From an uncultured Candidatus Saccharibacteria bacterium (GTDB taxonomy: Bacteria > Patescibacteriota > Minisyncoccia > UBA6257 > 2-01-FULL-56-20), in the NCBI GenBank assembly GCA_965231155.1, contig OZ246418.1:42266-106265 (forward strand): a DNA stretch of 64,000 bases. The letters are read 5' to 3'. Each line of letters opens with the position of its first letter. The first letter of the stretch is position 1. Both the position numbers and the translations under genes were made by a program. The notes under the pieces were generated by a model. The model did no database searches and was not told the DNA's origin. It saw nothing but the letters and a program-made list of their open reading frames with translations. Below, piece after piece: positions 1 to 9,162 of this stretch.

Positions 1-274
1 AAACACACTTACTTTCGGAAAAATCTGGGAGGATTAAGATTTTAGCTTGATATCCACACCCCTCAGAGGCAATGGATAAATTCTCCAAGAGAGCACCGAG
101 GGCTACCCACGTTCCCCGATTTCTGTAATTCAAAATCGGATGATCCTTCTCAGGCAAGGCGAATATTTTCAATTTACTTTCCTTAAACTCAAATCGCCAT
201 GGCTGAGAGTTGCTTCCCGAGGGAGCATCCACGGCTATTTCGAGAATTTTTTTTATATCAGATACTGAGACCAT
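1..274 (-). CDS. Nitroreductase-family protein, N-terminal part only (gene continues beyond window start)
   Basis: Minus-strand translation from ATG at 272-274 gives MVSVSDIKKILEIAVDAPSGSNSQPWRFEF..., the classic nitroreductase/SagB-type N-terminal motif (SxSxxQPW). The ORF runs off the window edge. Confidence 0.55.
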   Translation of the reverse strand, partial: MVSVSDIKKILEIAVDAPSGSNSQPWRFEFKESKLKIFALPEKDHPILNYRNRGTWVALGALLENLSIASEGCGYQAKILILPDFSESKCV

Positions 275-295
275 TTTATCAGGCTCCAGTCTACC

Positions 296-2020
296 CTAAA
301 TTTTCCAGACGACATCATGGGCAAACTCCGCCATTTCTCGTTGACGATTTTTGATTTGTTCTTCTGTCCAGGAATCAATCTTCACGATCCTCTCAACGAG
401 TTCTTTGTTGATATGTAATTTTGATTGTTTGTACCACTCAACCTTCTTGATAAGCGATTGATTTCCCATTGAGCCATTAATTTTTTCAGAAATCAAAGTT
501 AAATTTCCTAAACTATCAACGTAGTCTTTGGTATCCTTCTTGAGCAATCCCCACTCAGTAGGGTCTTTTGGTAAGATATGCTCTATATTGACCTTAGAAA
601 AATTAATTACTTGTTCATCGCCGCCCTTAGCTCTCTCTATATTAGCCAGAATATAAACAACGAGAGCGTAGTTTTTATACTCAATATCCATAAACTTTTC
701 GATGAAGAATTCTCTATTAGGAACTTCTAGTCTGTTTTTAAACTCGCTGACTGCACTATTCACACCCGCAAGAATTCGCCCCTGGCTTCTAAGCTGTAAA
801 GATTCTTGAATTTTTCTGGCAGTCTGGAAATATAATTTCTCAACTCTATTTCCTGGTTGCTTGCAAACGGCAGAATAAACAAAATGATAATTCTCGATAG
901 TTTTAAATATTCCGCTCAAATCCATACCAATCTTCTCCCGATTTGCTAGTAAACATAATAAGAGAGGGAAGTTCTGTGTGATACCCATTACTTTAAGCCC
1001 TTGTAAGGCTTCAAATATTTTAGAACCACTCCTACGATCGCCAACTTCATCTTGCCAAACTTTAAGATTATCACTTGCTATTTTGAAATATAGATCGGAA
1101 GAATATTCTAGCTCCTTCAAGAAAGATTCTGGATCTGCAATATTCCTCTTTATTTCCCTGTAGAGATTTCTTTCTGAAACGAATGAGTACTTCGACAGCC
1201 AGTGATATCGAATGAATTTAGACACGCTCAGAGATTTTGCACTCTCGATATTGTTTTCAATATCAATCCAAGCCTCCTTTGCAGAATCAATACCTTCTTC
1301 TGTTCTATTGTGAATCTTGGAGAAAAGGTGATTTTTCAACAAGTCAGCAGCTGTTAGATCAGCTCCTCGAGCATTAACGGTTTCGAAGATAGAGTAAGCA
1401 TCATCGTCCCTATTGATCCTTATCCATATAATTCTAAGATTGGCAAGTTTTTTCTTGATCGAATCAAGGTAATTTATTTTCCTCACTCTTTCATCTATCT
1501 GTTCTAGCTCGTTGGATATTTGTTCTCTTAAGTATTCATAATTTTCTTTAACTCTCTTCTCTTCATTGCGCTTTGGACTGCTTGATAGAATTTGTGCATC
1601 TACAGACTGTATATTCTTTTCAAAAAACTTTACCAGGGTATCCCCGCATTTCAACCGATAAGTGGGTTCACCACTAATGGGATCTCTGAATTCTATTATG
1701 CTTGTCTGTGTCAGATCAGCCTTCTTCTCATCTTTTAATTCCCGATACAGATCTCTTAATACTGCGCTCAATATCGTAAAGGTAATTAAACGTTGCTGAC
1801 CATCAATGACCTCTATAAAGTTTTCCTTCTCTATAAACTCGTAATTAAAAACAAAGGAACCTAAAAAAGAGGTTTCTTCTTCTTTTAAATCATTCCAAAG
1901 ATCAGACACATGATCCTTAGTCCAAGAATATGGCCTCTGGTAGCGAGGAATTCTATATTTCTCTTTCCCAAAAAGTATATCTTGCAAACTCTTATCTTCT
2001 GCATCAAAGAAGTTTGACAT
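296..2020 (-). CDS. GmrSD-family DUF262/DUF1524 protein (type IV modification-dependent restriction endonuclease-like)
   Basis: N-terminal DGQQR motif (IDGQQRLITF) typical of DUF262 ParB-like NTPase domain; C-terminal NIEHILPK His-Me finger motif typical of DUF1524. Start placed at internal MSNFF (ORF-track start 2191 would overlap upstream gene by 100 nt). Confidence 0.7.
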   Translation of the reverse strand: MSNFFDAEDKSLQDILFGKEKYRIPRYQRPYSWTKDHVSDLWNDLKEEETSFLGSFVFNYEFIEKENFIEVIDGQQRLITFTILSAVLRDLYRELKDEKKADLTQTSIIEFRDPISGEPTYRLKCGDTLVKFFEKNIQSVDAQILSSSPKRNEEKRVKENYEYLREQISNELEQIDERVRKINYLDSIKKKLANLRIIWIRINRDDDAYSIFETVNARGADLTAADLLKNHLFSKIHNRTEEGIDSAKEAWIDIENNIESAKSLSVSKFIRYHWLSKYSFVSERNLYREIKRNIADPESFLKELEYSSDLYFKIASDNLKVWQDEVGDRRSGSKIFEALQGLKVMGITQNFPLLLCLLANREKIGMDLSGIFKTIENYHFVYSAVCKQPGNRVEKLYFQTARKIQESLQLRSQGRILAGVNSAVSEFKNRLEVPNREFFIEKFMDIEYKNYALVVYILANIERAKGGDEQVINFSKVNIEHILPKDPTEWGLLKKDTKDYVDSLGNLTLISEKINGSMGNQSLIKKVEWYKQSKLHINKELVERIVKIDSWTEEQIKNRQREMAEFAHDVVWKI

Positions 2021-2090
2021 GAGCTCAATTATATACTCTTTGAATAACAAATAACAACTTCCATCCCAATATGGAGGAAGGATACCCGAT

Positions 2091-3233
2091 CTAATCCTCA
2101 AGTCCAATAATCCCCAAAAAATTCCTCCTCTGTTCCTCTCTATCTTTTTCTGTCTCGGGCAAATGGTATTCAGGATCGAAAACTTCATCAAGATTCACTT
2201 CCATCTTCCCATTTTTCAGCTTTTCTCCAAGAGCTAGACGCTTCACCACATAAGCCACCGCCACGCCAGACAGAGTGGCGGCATCCCCTAGTTGTGGCCA
2301 AGAGTATAAAGTTCGGCCCACTTCTAAAAGCGACTGCTGCATCCGGGTCGTTACGAAGTGCTTCCCGGCGATTTTTGTCGCTAAACGAGGCAGTTCTTGC
2401 GGTGCCATCTTCTGAAACTCCTCCAACGTTAAATGACCGGCTACACCATTAAAGATTTCAAGATTCGGATCAAGATCGTATCGCTCAATATCGAAAATAA
2501 TATTGTCACCATTATCCGTAGCCATCACTACTGGGATACCGCGCTTCTTGGCCTCTATCCTCAATCTAATTTTTAGTTCTAAATTATCAAGCTCTTCAAC
2601 AAGTACATCTAAACCATCAAGAAATTCACCGATATTCTGATCCGTCACTCCCTCGGGATATACGCGTAGATCAGCATATGGATTCATCTGATACACCTGC
2701 TCAGTAACGACATCGCATTTATTCTTATTCACAAACGTAAAATCATACCGAAGACGATTTAAATTCGAACCAGAAATCACATCCGGATCAGCCAAGCGCA
2801 TGTGTTTTCCAGCACCCATCATAGCCAGGGTCAAAGCAGCGTGACTGCCCACACTCAAGCCGGCAACTCCAATCTTGAATTCATAAAACTTCTTTTGTTC
2901 TTCGGCGAGAATGATATTCCGGTTGCGCGCTGTTCGGAGCTCTTGATGCATCTCTTCTGGTAGATAATGCACAATAATTTTGTTCCAAGGAAAATAGAAC
3001 CAAACACCTAATTGTTCTAAGGGCCTACCCGCCGATTGTTCTGCTAAAAAGATTTCGAAATCAGCCTGATAGTCTTTATCAAACTTAAAACGAGGATTCC
3101 TAATCAAAAACAGTTCCTCGAGAAGTTCCCTGTATGCATCGAAAACCTGAGAAACTTCGTGAGATTTCCTAAATTGCTCCAGCGACTGTTCTTCTATGTT
3201 GATAATAATTGGCTTCATGCTTTTTCTACCCAT
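2091..3233 (-). CDS. ThiF/MoeB/E1-like adenylyltransferase with ~110-aa N-terminal extension
   Basis: Rossmann GxGxxG-like motif IGVAGLSVGSHAALTLAMMGAG followed by DPDVISGSNLNRL (E1 family signature D-x-D-x-V-x-x-S-N-L-N-R). The N-terminal extension resembles the architecture of MccB-type peptide-adenylating E1s (inference). Confidence 0.7.
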   Translation of the reverse strand: MGRKSMKPIIINIEEQSLEQFRKSHEVSQVFDAYRELLEELFLIRNPRFKFDKDYQADFEIFLAEQSAGRPLEQLGVWFYFPWNKIIVHYLPEEMHQELRTARNRNIILAEEQKKFYEFKIGVAGLSVGSHAALTLAMMGAGKHMRLADPDVISGSNLNRLRYDFTFVNKNKCDVVTEQVYQMNPYADLRVYPEGVTDQNIGEFLDGLDVLVEELDNLELKIRLRIEAKKRGIPVVMATDNGDNIIFDIERYDLDPNLEIFNGVAGHLTLEEFQKMAPQELPRLATKIAGKHFVTTRMQQSLLEVGRTLYSWPQLGDAATLSGVAVAYVVKRLALGEKLKNGKMEVNLDEVFDPEYHLPETEKDREEQRRNFLGIIGLED

Positions 3234-4732
3234 TTTTGTTTAATACCTGGCTTGAAATAACGACTATGTTCGGCTGGCCAGAAAACGAGATGAGGCAAGG
3301 CCCGCTCTCCAACATGTCGATATAACTCTCTGAACTCCGAGTTCTTATCTTTCATATCTTCAATAATAACCGTTAGAATCTTCTTCTCAAGTTGCTTAGT
3401 TAGCTTCTTCCCAGGTCGAAGTTCTAAGTTGAGTTCCCAGTACTGATCTTGCGAACGATCAAAACGAGTGAACATAGTCAACTTGCCTGTTAAATATTGA
3501 TTGATGGATTTCCTCAGTAATGCCTCTTTTACCACCTCCGGATATATCTGTAATCCATATATGGTGATAGAAAAATCCATCCGCTCATAGATATACACAA
3601 ACGGAAGTTTCTGCAGGTGATCACTAATCTTCGCCTTTTTTGCCTCTTTCTCGAAATCAATGCCATGAATTTTGAACTTGTCCATTATCTCACTAAACTC
3701 ATAGATTCCCCCATGATCTCCAATAGAATATCTGACCAATGGCACCGCACTATCACCAGTCAGCAAAATTTCTCCATTAGGAGCTTCAAACTTGATAAAT
3801 AGTGGATTGTACTGAGCAAGTGTCGGAGTCTTCTTTATTTTCGAAAAAATATCTTCAAAGACATTCCTCTCCTTCAGAGCGAGACGACGGATGAGGATGG
3901 AGGTTGGAGTTTCGTATCCCATTGTCCCAATATCGGCAGATCCATAAATATTCAACGTATCAAAATATGGGTCTTTCACATGAGCCTTCTTGGCCACATA
4001 GTCACGAAAATTCTCAGTAAAAGCCTCGGCTGCAAAAAGCAGTCTGAGATTTAGTTTCTTCAGATTCATCCCAGAAGCCTCTGCCTCATCGAGAACATCT
4101 TTAATAAACGGTGGGTAACCAACGAGTACTGTTTGATGGAATGAAGGCGACAGGCGACGCAAAGCCTTAATAATCTCCGCCTTATTGATACCTGTGGTAA
4201 TAATGGAAACTGGATAGTTTCCTCGCTGACTAGCCAGCTCGAATGCTTTGTATGTGATGAGTCCGGCAATCCAGACACCCATACCAAAACCCACAATCAC
4301 CAGTGTCGACTTATTCATTCTTTCTGAAGTTGCCTTCAGAAAGAATTCATGGAAGATAGAAGACTCCCAATCCAAATCATTGGAACGCAAGAAATAAAAA
4401 GGCTCCCCAGTTGAACCTGATGTCGATGTAAAAACAAATGGTTTATTAAGAGAGCCATCCCAGCACAATTTCTGAAGAGGATACTGCTGGAGATAGTTCT
4501 TCTTGCTTACAGGAGGAATATACTGAAAATCTTTGAAATGCTTGATCTTCTCGGGAGAAACTTTATGACGCTTCAAGAAGTCCTTATACGCAGGTACTCG
4601 TCGAGCCGCTTGATGGAATAAAGAAAGCGCCTTCTCTTCTCCTTGCTTCTTCCAAAATAACTCACCCTTATTTTCTAAAAAAGAGACAATCTGCTGAGCA
4701 GAGTACTCAGTCATATCGACCAATTGTACCAC
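3215..4732 (-). CDS. PaaK/CapK-like (phenylacetate-CoA ligase / F390 synthetase family) adenylate-forming enzyme
   Basis: FVFTSTSGSTGEPFYF P-loop-like adenylation motif (cf. SSGTTGKP of PaaK) and downstream YGSADIGTMGYE. Overlaps the E1-like gene by 19 nt, which suggests translational coupling. Confidence 0.6.
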   Translation of the reverse strand: MVQLVDMTEYSAQQIVSFLENKGELFWKKQGEEKALSLFHQAARRVPAYKDFLKRHKVSPEKIKHFKDFQYIPPVSKKNYLQQYPLQKLCWDGSLNKPFVFTSTSGSTGEPFYFLRSNDLDWESSIFHEFFLKATSERMNKSTLVIVGFGMGVWIAGLITYKAFELASQRGNYPVSIITTGINKAEIIKALRRLSPSFHQTVLVGYPPFIKDVLDEAEASGMNLKKLNLRLLFAAEAFTENFRDYVAKKAHVKDPYFDTLNIYGSADIGTMGYETPTSILIRRLALKERNVFEDIFSKIKKTPTLAQYNPLFIKFEAPNGEILLTGDSAVPLVRYSIGDHGGIYEFSEIMDKFKIHGIDFEKEAKKAKISDHLQKLPFVYIYERMDFSITIYGLQIYPEVVKEALLRKSINQYLTGKLTMFTRFDRSQDQYWELNLELRPGKKLTKQLEKKILTVIIEDMKDKNSEFRELYRHVGERALPHLVFWPAEHSRYFKPGIKQKWVEKA

Positions 4733-4758
4733 AACTCATAAGATTGGTAAGCAGGAAT

Positions 4759-5496
4759 CTATATCCTACTAGAATCAACCAGGAAAGGCTTGAGTATAAT
4801 AGGGCTCGAAAGAAAGGCTAAGAAAATTAAGCCCACTACTCCGATTATCAGATCCAAGCCGTATAAGTGATCACCTCTTGATTCTGAATACAATAAAACA
4901 AATCTCAAAAATACATCAAAAAAACCAAGCAAACCACCAACAACAAGAAATCTAGATAGAATTTTTACTTCACGAGTTTTCCCCTTCTGAGCAAGCTGAG
5001 AAAAAATGTAGATGAAAGATCCTATACTGGCAGCTAGAAGTAGAAAAGTTAATAGGGATACCCTATAGCTAATGTCCCAGTAGAGGCCGCCCTCCGGAGT
5101 TATTACTCCCCGAGGCGCAAAGATTAGGGTAACTAGAATTAATAAAAATCCTAATAAGCCGGTCGCTATCGGACCAAAGTGAAAAGGAAATCTGGGGAAA
5201 AAGATATAATAAACTGAATAAACTCCGAGAGTTGCATGTAACACTAGAGCTACATTCGTGAGAAGCAATACATAAAAAAGACCGACCTGACTGCCGGAGA
5301 AAAGTAATGAACCAAAGCCTAGAATCCCATTTTGTAAGGCTGATAAAAAAATGAATACGCTAATGACCAAACCGATATAACTACTTTGTTGGTTCTCGGT
5401 GGATCTACGGAAAGCTTGGAAGAACCAAAAACTACAAATACTTAAACCAACAAAAAGGAGGGTGAAGGCAATCGATGTAGAGGTGATAACCATCAA
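4759..5496 (-). CDS. Polytopic membrane protein, unknown function (first gene of the E1/PaaK operon)
   Basis: 245 aa dominated by hydrophobic helices (at least 6 predicted TM segments). No recognisable motif. Confidence 0.4.
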   Translation of the reverse strand: MMVITSTSIAFTLLFVGLSICSFWFFQAFRRSTENQQSSYIGLVISVFIFLSALQNGILGFGSLLFSGSQVGLFYVLLLTNVALVLHATLGVYSVYYIFFPRFPFHFGPIATGLLGFLLILVTLIFAPRGVITPEGGLYWDISYRVSLLTFLLLAASIGSFIYIFSQLAQKGKTREVKILSRFLVVGGLLGFFDVFLRFVLLYSESRGDHLYGLDLIIGVVGLIFLAFLSSPIILKPFLVDSSRI

Positions 5497-5512
5497 AGGT
5501 TTCTATGGTTTA

Positions 5513-6295
5513 CTACGCTCCGCCGAATGCAACGGAACCAGAACCAAAGAATGGCTTCTTGTGTGCTTTTTTAGCGTCCTCCCAAGAAAGATCAAAAGCT
5601 TTTTTCAGGGCTTCGGCCATCTCCTGACTCTCAATCACTAACGCGAATTTGTTAACTGGCGACATAAACACAATCTTATTGTCATAGACGCTAATCTCTG
5701 GAGAAACTTTTAATGGAGCGCTATCTTTACTAACTTTCGCGAACTCATGCATGGTCGCCGTCTCTGGAAACAACATCTTCACTTTGACATTTTTCTTGGC
5801 GAGACGATCGTAGTATTTTTCTGGGACAGTTCCTCCTTCATCTTTCGCGGCATAGGCACGAATTGTTTCCAGTGAGCTCAGCGCATCTTCATACACCGTT
5901 TTCATTCCTTCGACGCCTTCGAAGAGTTGTACCTTAGGCATCAAGGAGTTCTCCTTGCCGGCTTCGAGTTTCAGTTTTGGCAAAAGTTCTCGAGCCACAC
6001 TGGCCAGTTCGGTATATTCTTTAGCGCTCCCTTCGAGATACTGGACGAGTTGTTCGGGAGAAATCGAATTGTAGACCTTCACGCCACGTCGTTCGGTAAT
6101 GCTCACCAATCCACGCTTTGATAGGGCGTCTAAAATAACATAGGTGGTGCTACGATTGATGCCCGCTTTTTTGGAGATATCGCTCACAATCGAGGAACCA
6201 AGCTTTAAAAGCGCGGTATAGACCTCCGCTTCTTTCTCGGAAAAACCTGCTTTTCGCAAAACGCCGTCGAGGTTCATAGTGTTCTTATTATACAA
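5513..6295 (-). CDS. TrmB-family transcriptional regulator
   Basis: N-terminal winged HTH: LRKAGFSEKEAEVYTALLKLGSSIVSDISKKAGINRSTTYVILDALSKRGLV, characteristic of TrmB/sugar-specific regulators. Confidence 0.7.
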   Translation of the reverse strand: MYNKNTMNLDGVLRKAGFSEKEAEVYTALLKLGSSIVSDISKKAGINRSTTYVILDALSKRGLVSITERRGVKVYNSISPEQLVQYLEGSAKEYTELASVARELLPKLKLEAGKENSLMPKVQLFEGVEGMKTVYEDALSSLETIRAYAAKDEGGTVPEKYYDRLAKKNVKVKMLFPETATMHEFAKVSKDSAPLKVSPEISVYDNKIVFMSPVNKFALVIESQEMAEALKKAFDLSWEDAKKAHKKPFFGSGSVAFGGA

Positions 6296-6303
6296 TAACT
6301 AAA

Positions 6304-6327
6304 TTTATAATTGTTAATAATTATAAA
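6304..6327. promoter_or_regulatory. AT-rich inverted repeat (TTTATAATT-N6-AATTATAAA) immediately upstream of TrmB-family gene start; candidate operator/promoter element
   Basis: Perfect 9-bp inverted repeat seen directly in sequence, 9-30 nt upstream of the minus-strand start codon at 6295. Confidence 0.25.
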
Positions 6328-6375
6328 CAACAATAATAAACCTGTCAACAAGGGGACACCCGAGTCCAGAAAAGA

Positions 6376-6804
6376 CTATCCCCTGGCCTCGTCTAAGGCC
6401 TTATTGACCATCCGATCAGCAGCTTTATTCAGCTCTCGGGGAATGTGTTTGAACGTCACGCTCTTAAAGTCTAGTCGCAAGTTCCAGATCTGCATAAAAT
6501 AGGGCTGGAGTTTCTCATCTTCGATTTTATAAATTGCATTCATCTGCTTCACGATCAACTCACTATCCATTCTGACTTCAACATCTGTTTGTTTTGCTTT
6601 TGTTTTCCCAAGAAGTGCCTTGGCTTTCTTTAACGCGAAAACCAATGCCAAGTACTCAGCTTGGTTATTCGTCATAATTCCTAAGTACTCTCCGTATTCT
6701 TTTCCACCAACTACCGCGCCCAAAGCCGCTGGCCCAGGATTACCTCGCGATCCCCCATCGGTATAGATAAGAAATTTATTTTCTGTTGGAAAAAGTGAAC
6801 TCAT
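6376..6804 (-). CDS. rnhA: Ribonuclease HI
   Basis: FLIYTDGGSRGNPGPAALGAVV ... TNNQAEYLALVFALKKA: canonical RNase H catalytic D/E/D motifs. Confidence 0.85.
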   Translation of the reverse strand: MSSLFPTENKFLIYTDGGSRGNPGPAALGAVVGGKEYGEYLGIMTNNQAEYLALVFALKKAKALLGKTKAKQTDVEVRMDSELIVKQMNAIYKIEDEKLQPYFMQIWNLRLDFKSVTFKHIPRELNKAADRMVNKALDEARG

Positions 6805-7376
6805 TTGCCAATTAATCGTAAGAAAACCTGATATGTTGTCCGTGCATCATCAATCGCCCGGTGCGCTCGGCCACGATCAACACCAAAATAATTTGCTAAC
6901 TCTCGCAAAGAAAACCTCACTAACGACGGATCGTCCCGCAACTGCAACCAGGCCAACGCAAACGTATCTAGCGGTTTATAAAAATAGTTTCCTTCCAGGT
7001 CGTGATCCCAAAGTGCTTTTTCGAGATGAAGCATATCAACAGAAACATTGTGGCCAACAAGGATCGCGTCCTTGGTGTACCGCAGAAACTCTTCAAGCCC
7101 GGCCTTCATCTCTACTCCTTCCCGCTTCCACTCCTCCTCGTCGTAACCACTAATCTCTAAACCACTCGGATCAGCGTTCTCGATATGCTCTGGTTTAAGC
7201 TTAATGTCTCTCTCATTCAGAATCTCAAAACTACCGGCCTTGGCCTTAACAAGACCAATCTCGGTGATCTCGTGATCAAATCGAAGACCAGTAAACTCAC
7301 AATCAAAAAACACCAAATCGCGATCATGGATGAGGGGCTCGTATTCTGGCTGGATGATATCAGTTTCTTCTGGCAT
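6801..7376 (-). CDS. DEDDh 3'-5' exonuclease (DNA polymerase III epsilon/DnaQ-like)
   Basis: Exo I FFDCEFTGL, Exo II GHNVSVDMLHL, Exo III HRAIDDARTT motifs. Start set at MPEETD to avoid 100-nt overlap with the upstream paralog. Confidence 0.75.
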   Translation of the reverse strand: MPEETDIIQPEYEPLIHDRDLVFFDCEFTGLRFDHEITEIGLVKAKAGSFEILNERDIKLKPEHIENADPSGLEISGYDEEEWKREGVEMKAGLEEFLRYTKDAILVGHNVSVDMLHLEKALWDHDLEGNYFYKPLDTFALAWLQLRDDPSLVRFSLRELANYFGVDRGRAHRAIDDARTTYQVFLRLIGK

Positions 7377-7380
7377 AGAA

Positions 7381-9162
7381 TTAGGCAACTTCCGCCTGGT
7401 AGCACGCTTCGCAGTATACAATCTCCGGTCGATCAGGGCTATAGGAGGTCTGAAAAACATTAGAACACTGCGCTTCTCCATGAGGATGCACTGCCAAATT
7501 AAGATACACTCCTCCGTCTGAACACTTCCCGGAACACTGACAAGTCCGTGGCCATAGTTTAATCGGATTTCTTTCGGCTAAGCGTTCGTAGTGTCGACAG
7601 TTCGAACAGAGATGAGGAGCTGGTATATTCATCTGCCGATAAAACGCCAACTCAGTAGGAATAATCTTAAATACCGTTCCGCACTGATGATTGCACTGAC
7701 CTGCGTGTTCACATGAGACTGTCTGTTCGAGAATAGAGTCATCAATCTCGGTAATAGTATTCGGGAGGTTCTTTGATTGGACGGTTGCTTGGTAGTTTTT
7801 CTCTGTTGCTCCCTTCCACTTCACAGAACCGAGTTTGGCCTGCTCCTGGCTTAATGGTCGCAACTCCTGAGCCACTGTTTCGTTGTACGCAAAAGGAGAA
7901 ATCTGCGCAGGGAAAAACTCTCCGTACTTATACATACGACCACCCTGATCTACATACGGCATCGTATTCATGTGTTCGATAATCTTCGGAACCAGAGCTT
8001 CATACTCCTCTTTTGAGTATTGTTTATTCAAAATACAGTACTGTTTATTCCGTAACCCAACACACCCAAAAAGATAGGAGGAGTTGTGGCAGTTGTATGA
8101 GTACTGTACGTTGTGGCAGTTAAAAATAAATCGAGAGAAAACGGACTTGCTGCCTGGATAGATTGTCGAAATCTCATACGAGAGTTCTGATTTCAAACCA
8201 AAGTGATCACAATCAACACAATCCTTCACACTCGAATAGGCCAACCATAAATAACGGCAATCTTCGGCACCACCAAAAACATCGAACGTCATAAAACAAT
8301 TCTTGGTCTCCTCGAGATTATCACCGAGAGAGTTGATCCCTCTTAATATCCGCGCAAATTTTCGAGGATACTTCTGGGCATGGAGCTTAAACTCGGCTTT
8401 CAGTTTTTGAACAGCCTCATAGTTTCCTAAATCGAACTCCTTGATCTTCTTTTCATACTCCTCCTTTGAATACTGAACATTAAAAATGCAGTAGGATTGA
8501 TTCGAAAGATTGACGCACCCAAAACAATCATGGCAGTTTCTACAGTTCAGAAGAAAAGCAGAATTATAACAACCCTCACAGTACCGACTATAGAGAAGTT
8601 TCGAGCAGTTAATACAGTCGATCGTACTGTAGTTCCATTCACATTTCGTATCCCAGTAACAGTCGGAACATTCTTTACTCTGAAAAATAAATGCAGAGTA
8701 GTTTGTATTTTCATTAAAATCGCCACCAATAACCAAATAACAATTCTTGTTCCCTTCAGTAATGCTGCAATAGTCACTATTCACTGGATTAATATTTAGA
8801 AGGGCTATATCAGGAACCTCTCCCCAAAGTTCCTGTAGTTGAGTAAAAAATGGACGATTGAAATCGTACTCCCTAAAAAAAGTAGCGGCATCCCAAGAAT
8901 CGCTCCACCACTCCTTGTGATCGTACACTTTCTGAGAGTTGTCAGGAGAAAAAATTGAAATCACTTCCTCGGTGTGACCTGGAGCATCACATTTTCTTCG
9001 GTAGAGCGTCCTTTCATTACGGAAAGTCATTCGACGCACAAGCCGACACTCAAAACAGAAGGTTGGCGGAGGCACATCCATCTTCTTATAGAACTCGAAA
9101 TCAGCCGATTCAATCGTGAACGACTGTTTGCAGTTCTGACAGTTTTTAGTCTCTGAGTTCAT
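7381..9162 (-). CDS. Cysteine-rich ~590-aa protein, paralog 1 of 3 (zinc-ribbon-like N- and C-terminal modules, internally repeated Cys-rich core)
   Basis: N-terminal CQNCKQSF-I-DFEFYKKMDVPPPTFCFECR...RN.R.LY.RKC and matching C-terminal module (CNHQCGTVF-I-ELAFYRQMNIPAPHLCSNCR...RNP..L..R.C). The core has two copies of C..C..C..S..L.NC.NC.DCFGCV.L.N..YCI.N.QYSKEEYE. More than 35 Cys residues. Confidence 0.6.
   Translation of the reverse strand: MNSETKNCQNCKQSFTIESADFEFYKKMDVPPPTFCFECRLVRRMTFRNERTLYRRKCDAPGHTEEVISIFSPDNSQKVYDHKEWWSDSWDAATFFREYDFNRPFFTQLQELWGEVPDIALLNINPVNSDYCSITEGNKNCYLVIGGDFNENTNYSAFIFQSKECSDCYWDTKCEWNYSTIDCINCSKLLYSRYCEGCYNSAFLLNCRNCHDCFGCVNLSNQSYCIFNVQYSKEEYEKKIKEFDLGNYEAVQKLKAEFKLHAQKYPRKFARILRGINSLGDNLEETKNCFMTFDVFGGAEDCRYLWLAYSSVKDCVDCDHFGLKSELSYEISTIYPGSKSVFSRFIFNCHNVQYSYNCHNSSYLFGCVGLRNKQYCILNKQYSKEEYEALVPKIIEHMNTMPYVDQGGRMYKYGEFFPAQISPFAYNETVAQELRPLSQEQAKLGSVKWKGATEKNYQATVQSKNLPNTITEIDDSILEQTVSCEHAGQCNHQCGTVFKIIPTELAFYRQMNIPAPHLCSNCRHYERLAERNPIKLWPRTCQCSGKCSDGGVYLNLAVHPHGEAQCSNVFQTSYSPDRPEIVYCEACYQAEVA

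Noticed and set aside
8497-8799. Small + and - strand ORFs (60-100 aa) nested inside the Cys-rich paralogs and other long genes (for example 8497-8799, 8547-8777, 9239-9472, 12620-12858)
   Set aside because: Fully contained within long, motif-supported minus-strand genes; low-complexity translations; no RBS evidence. Treated as frame-shadow ORFs.
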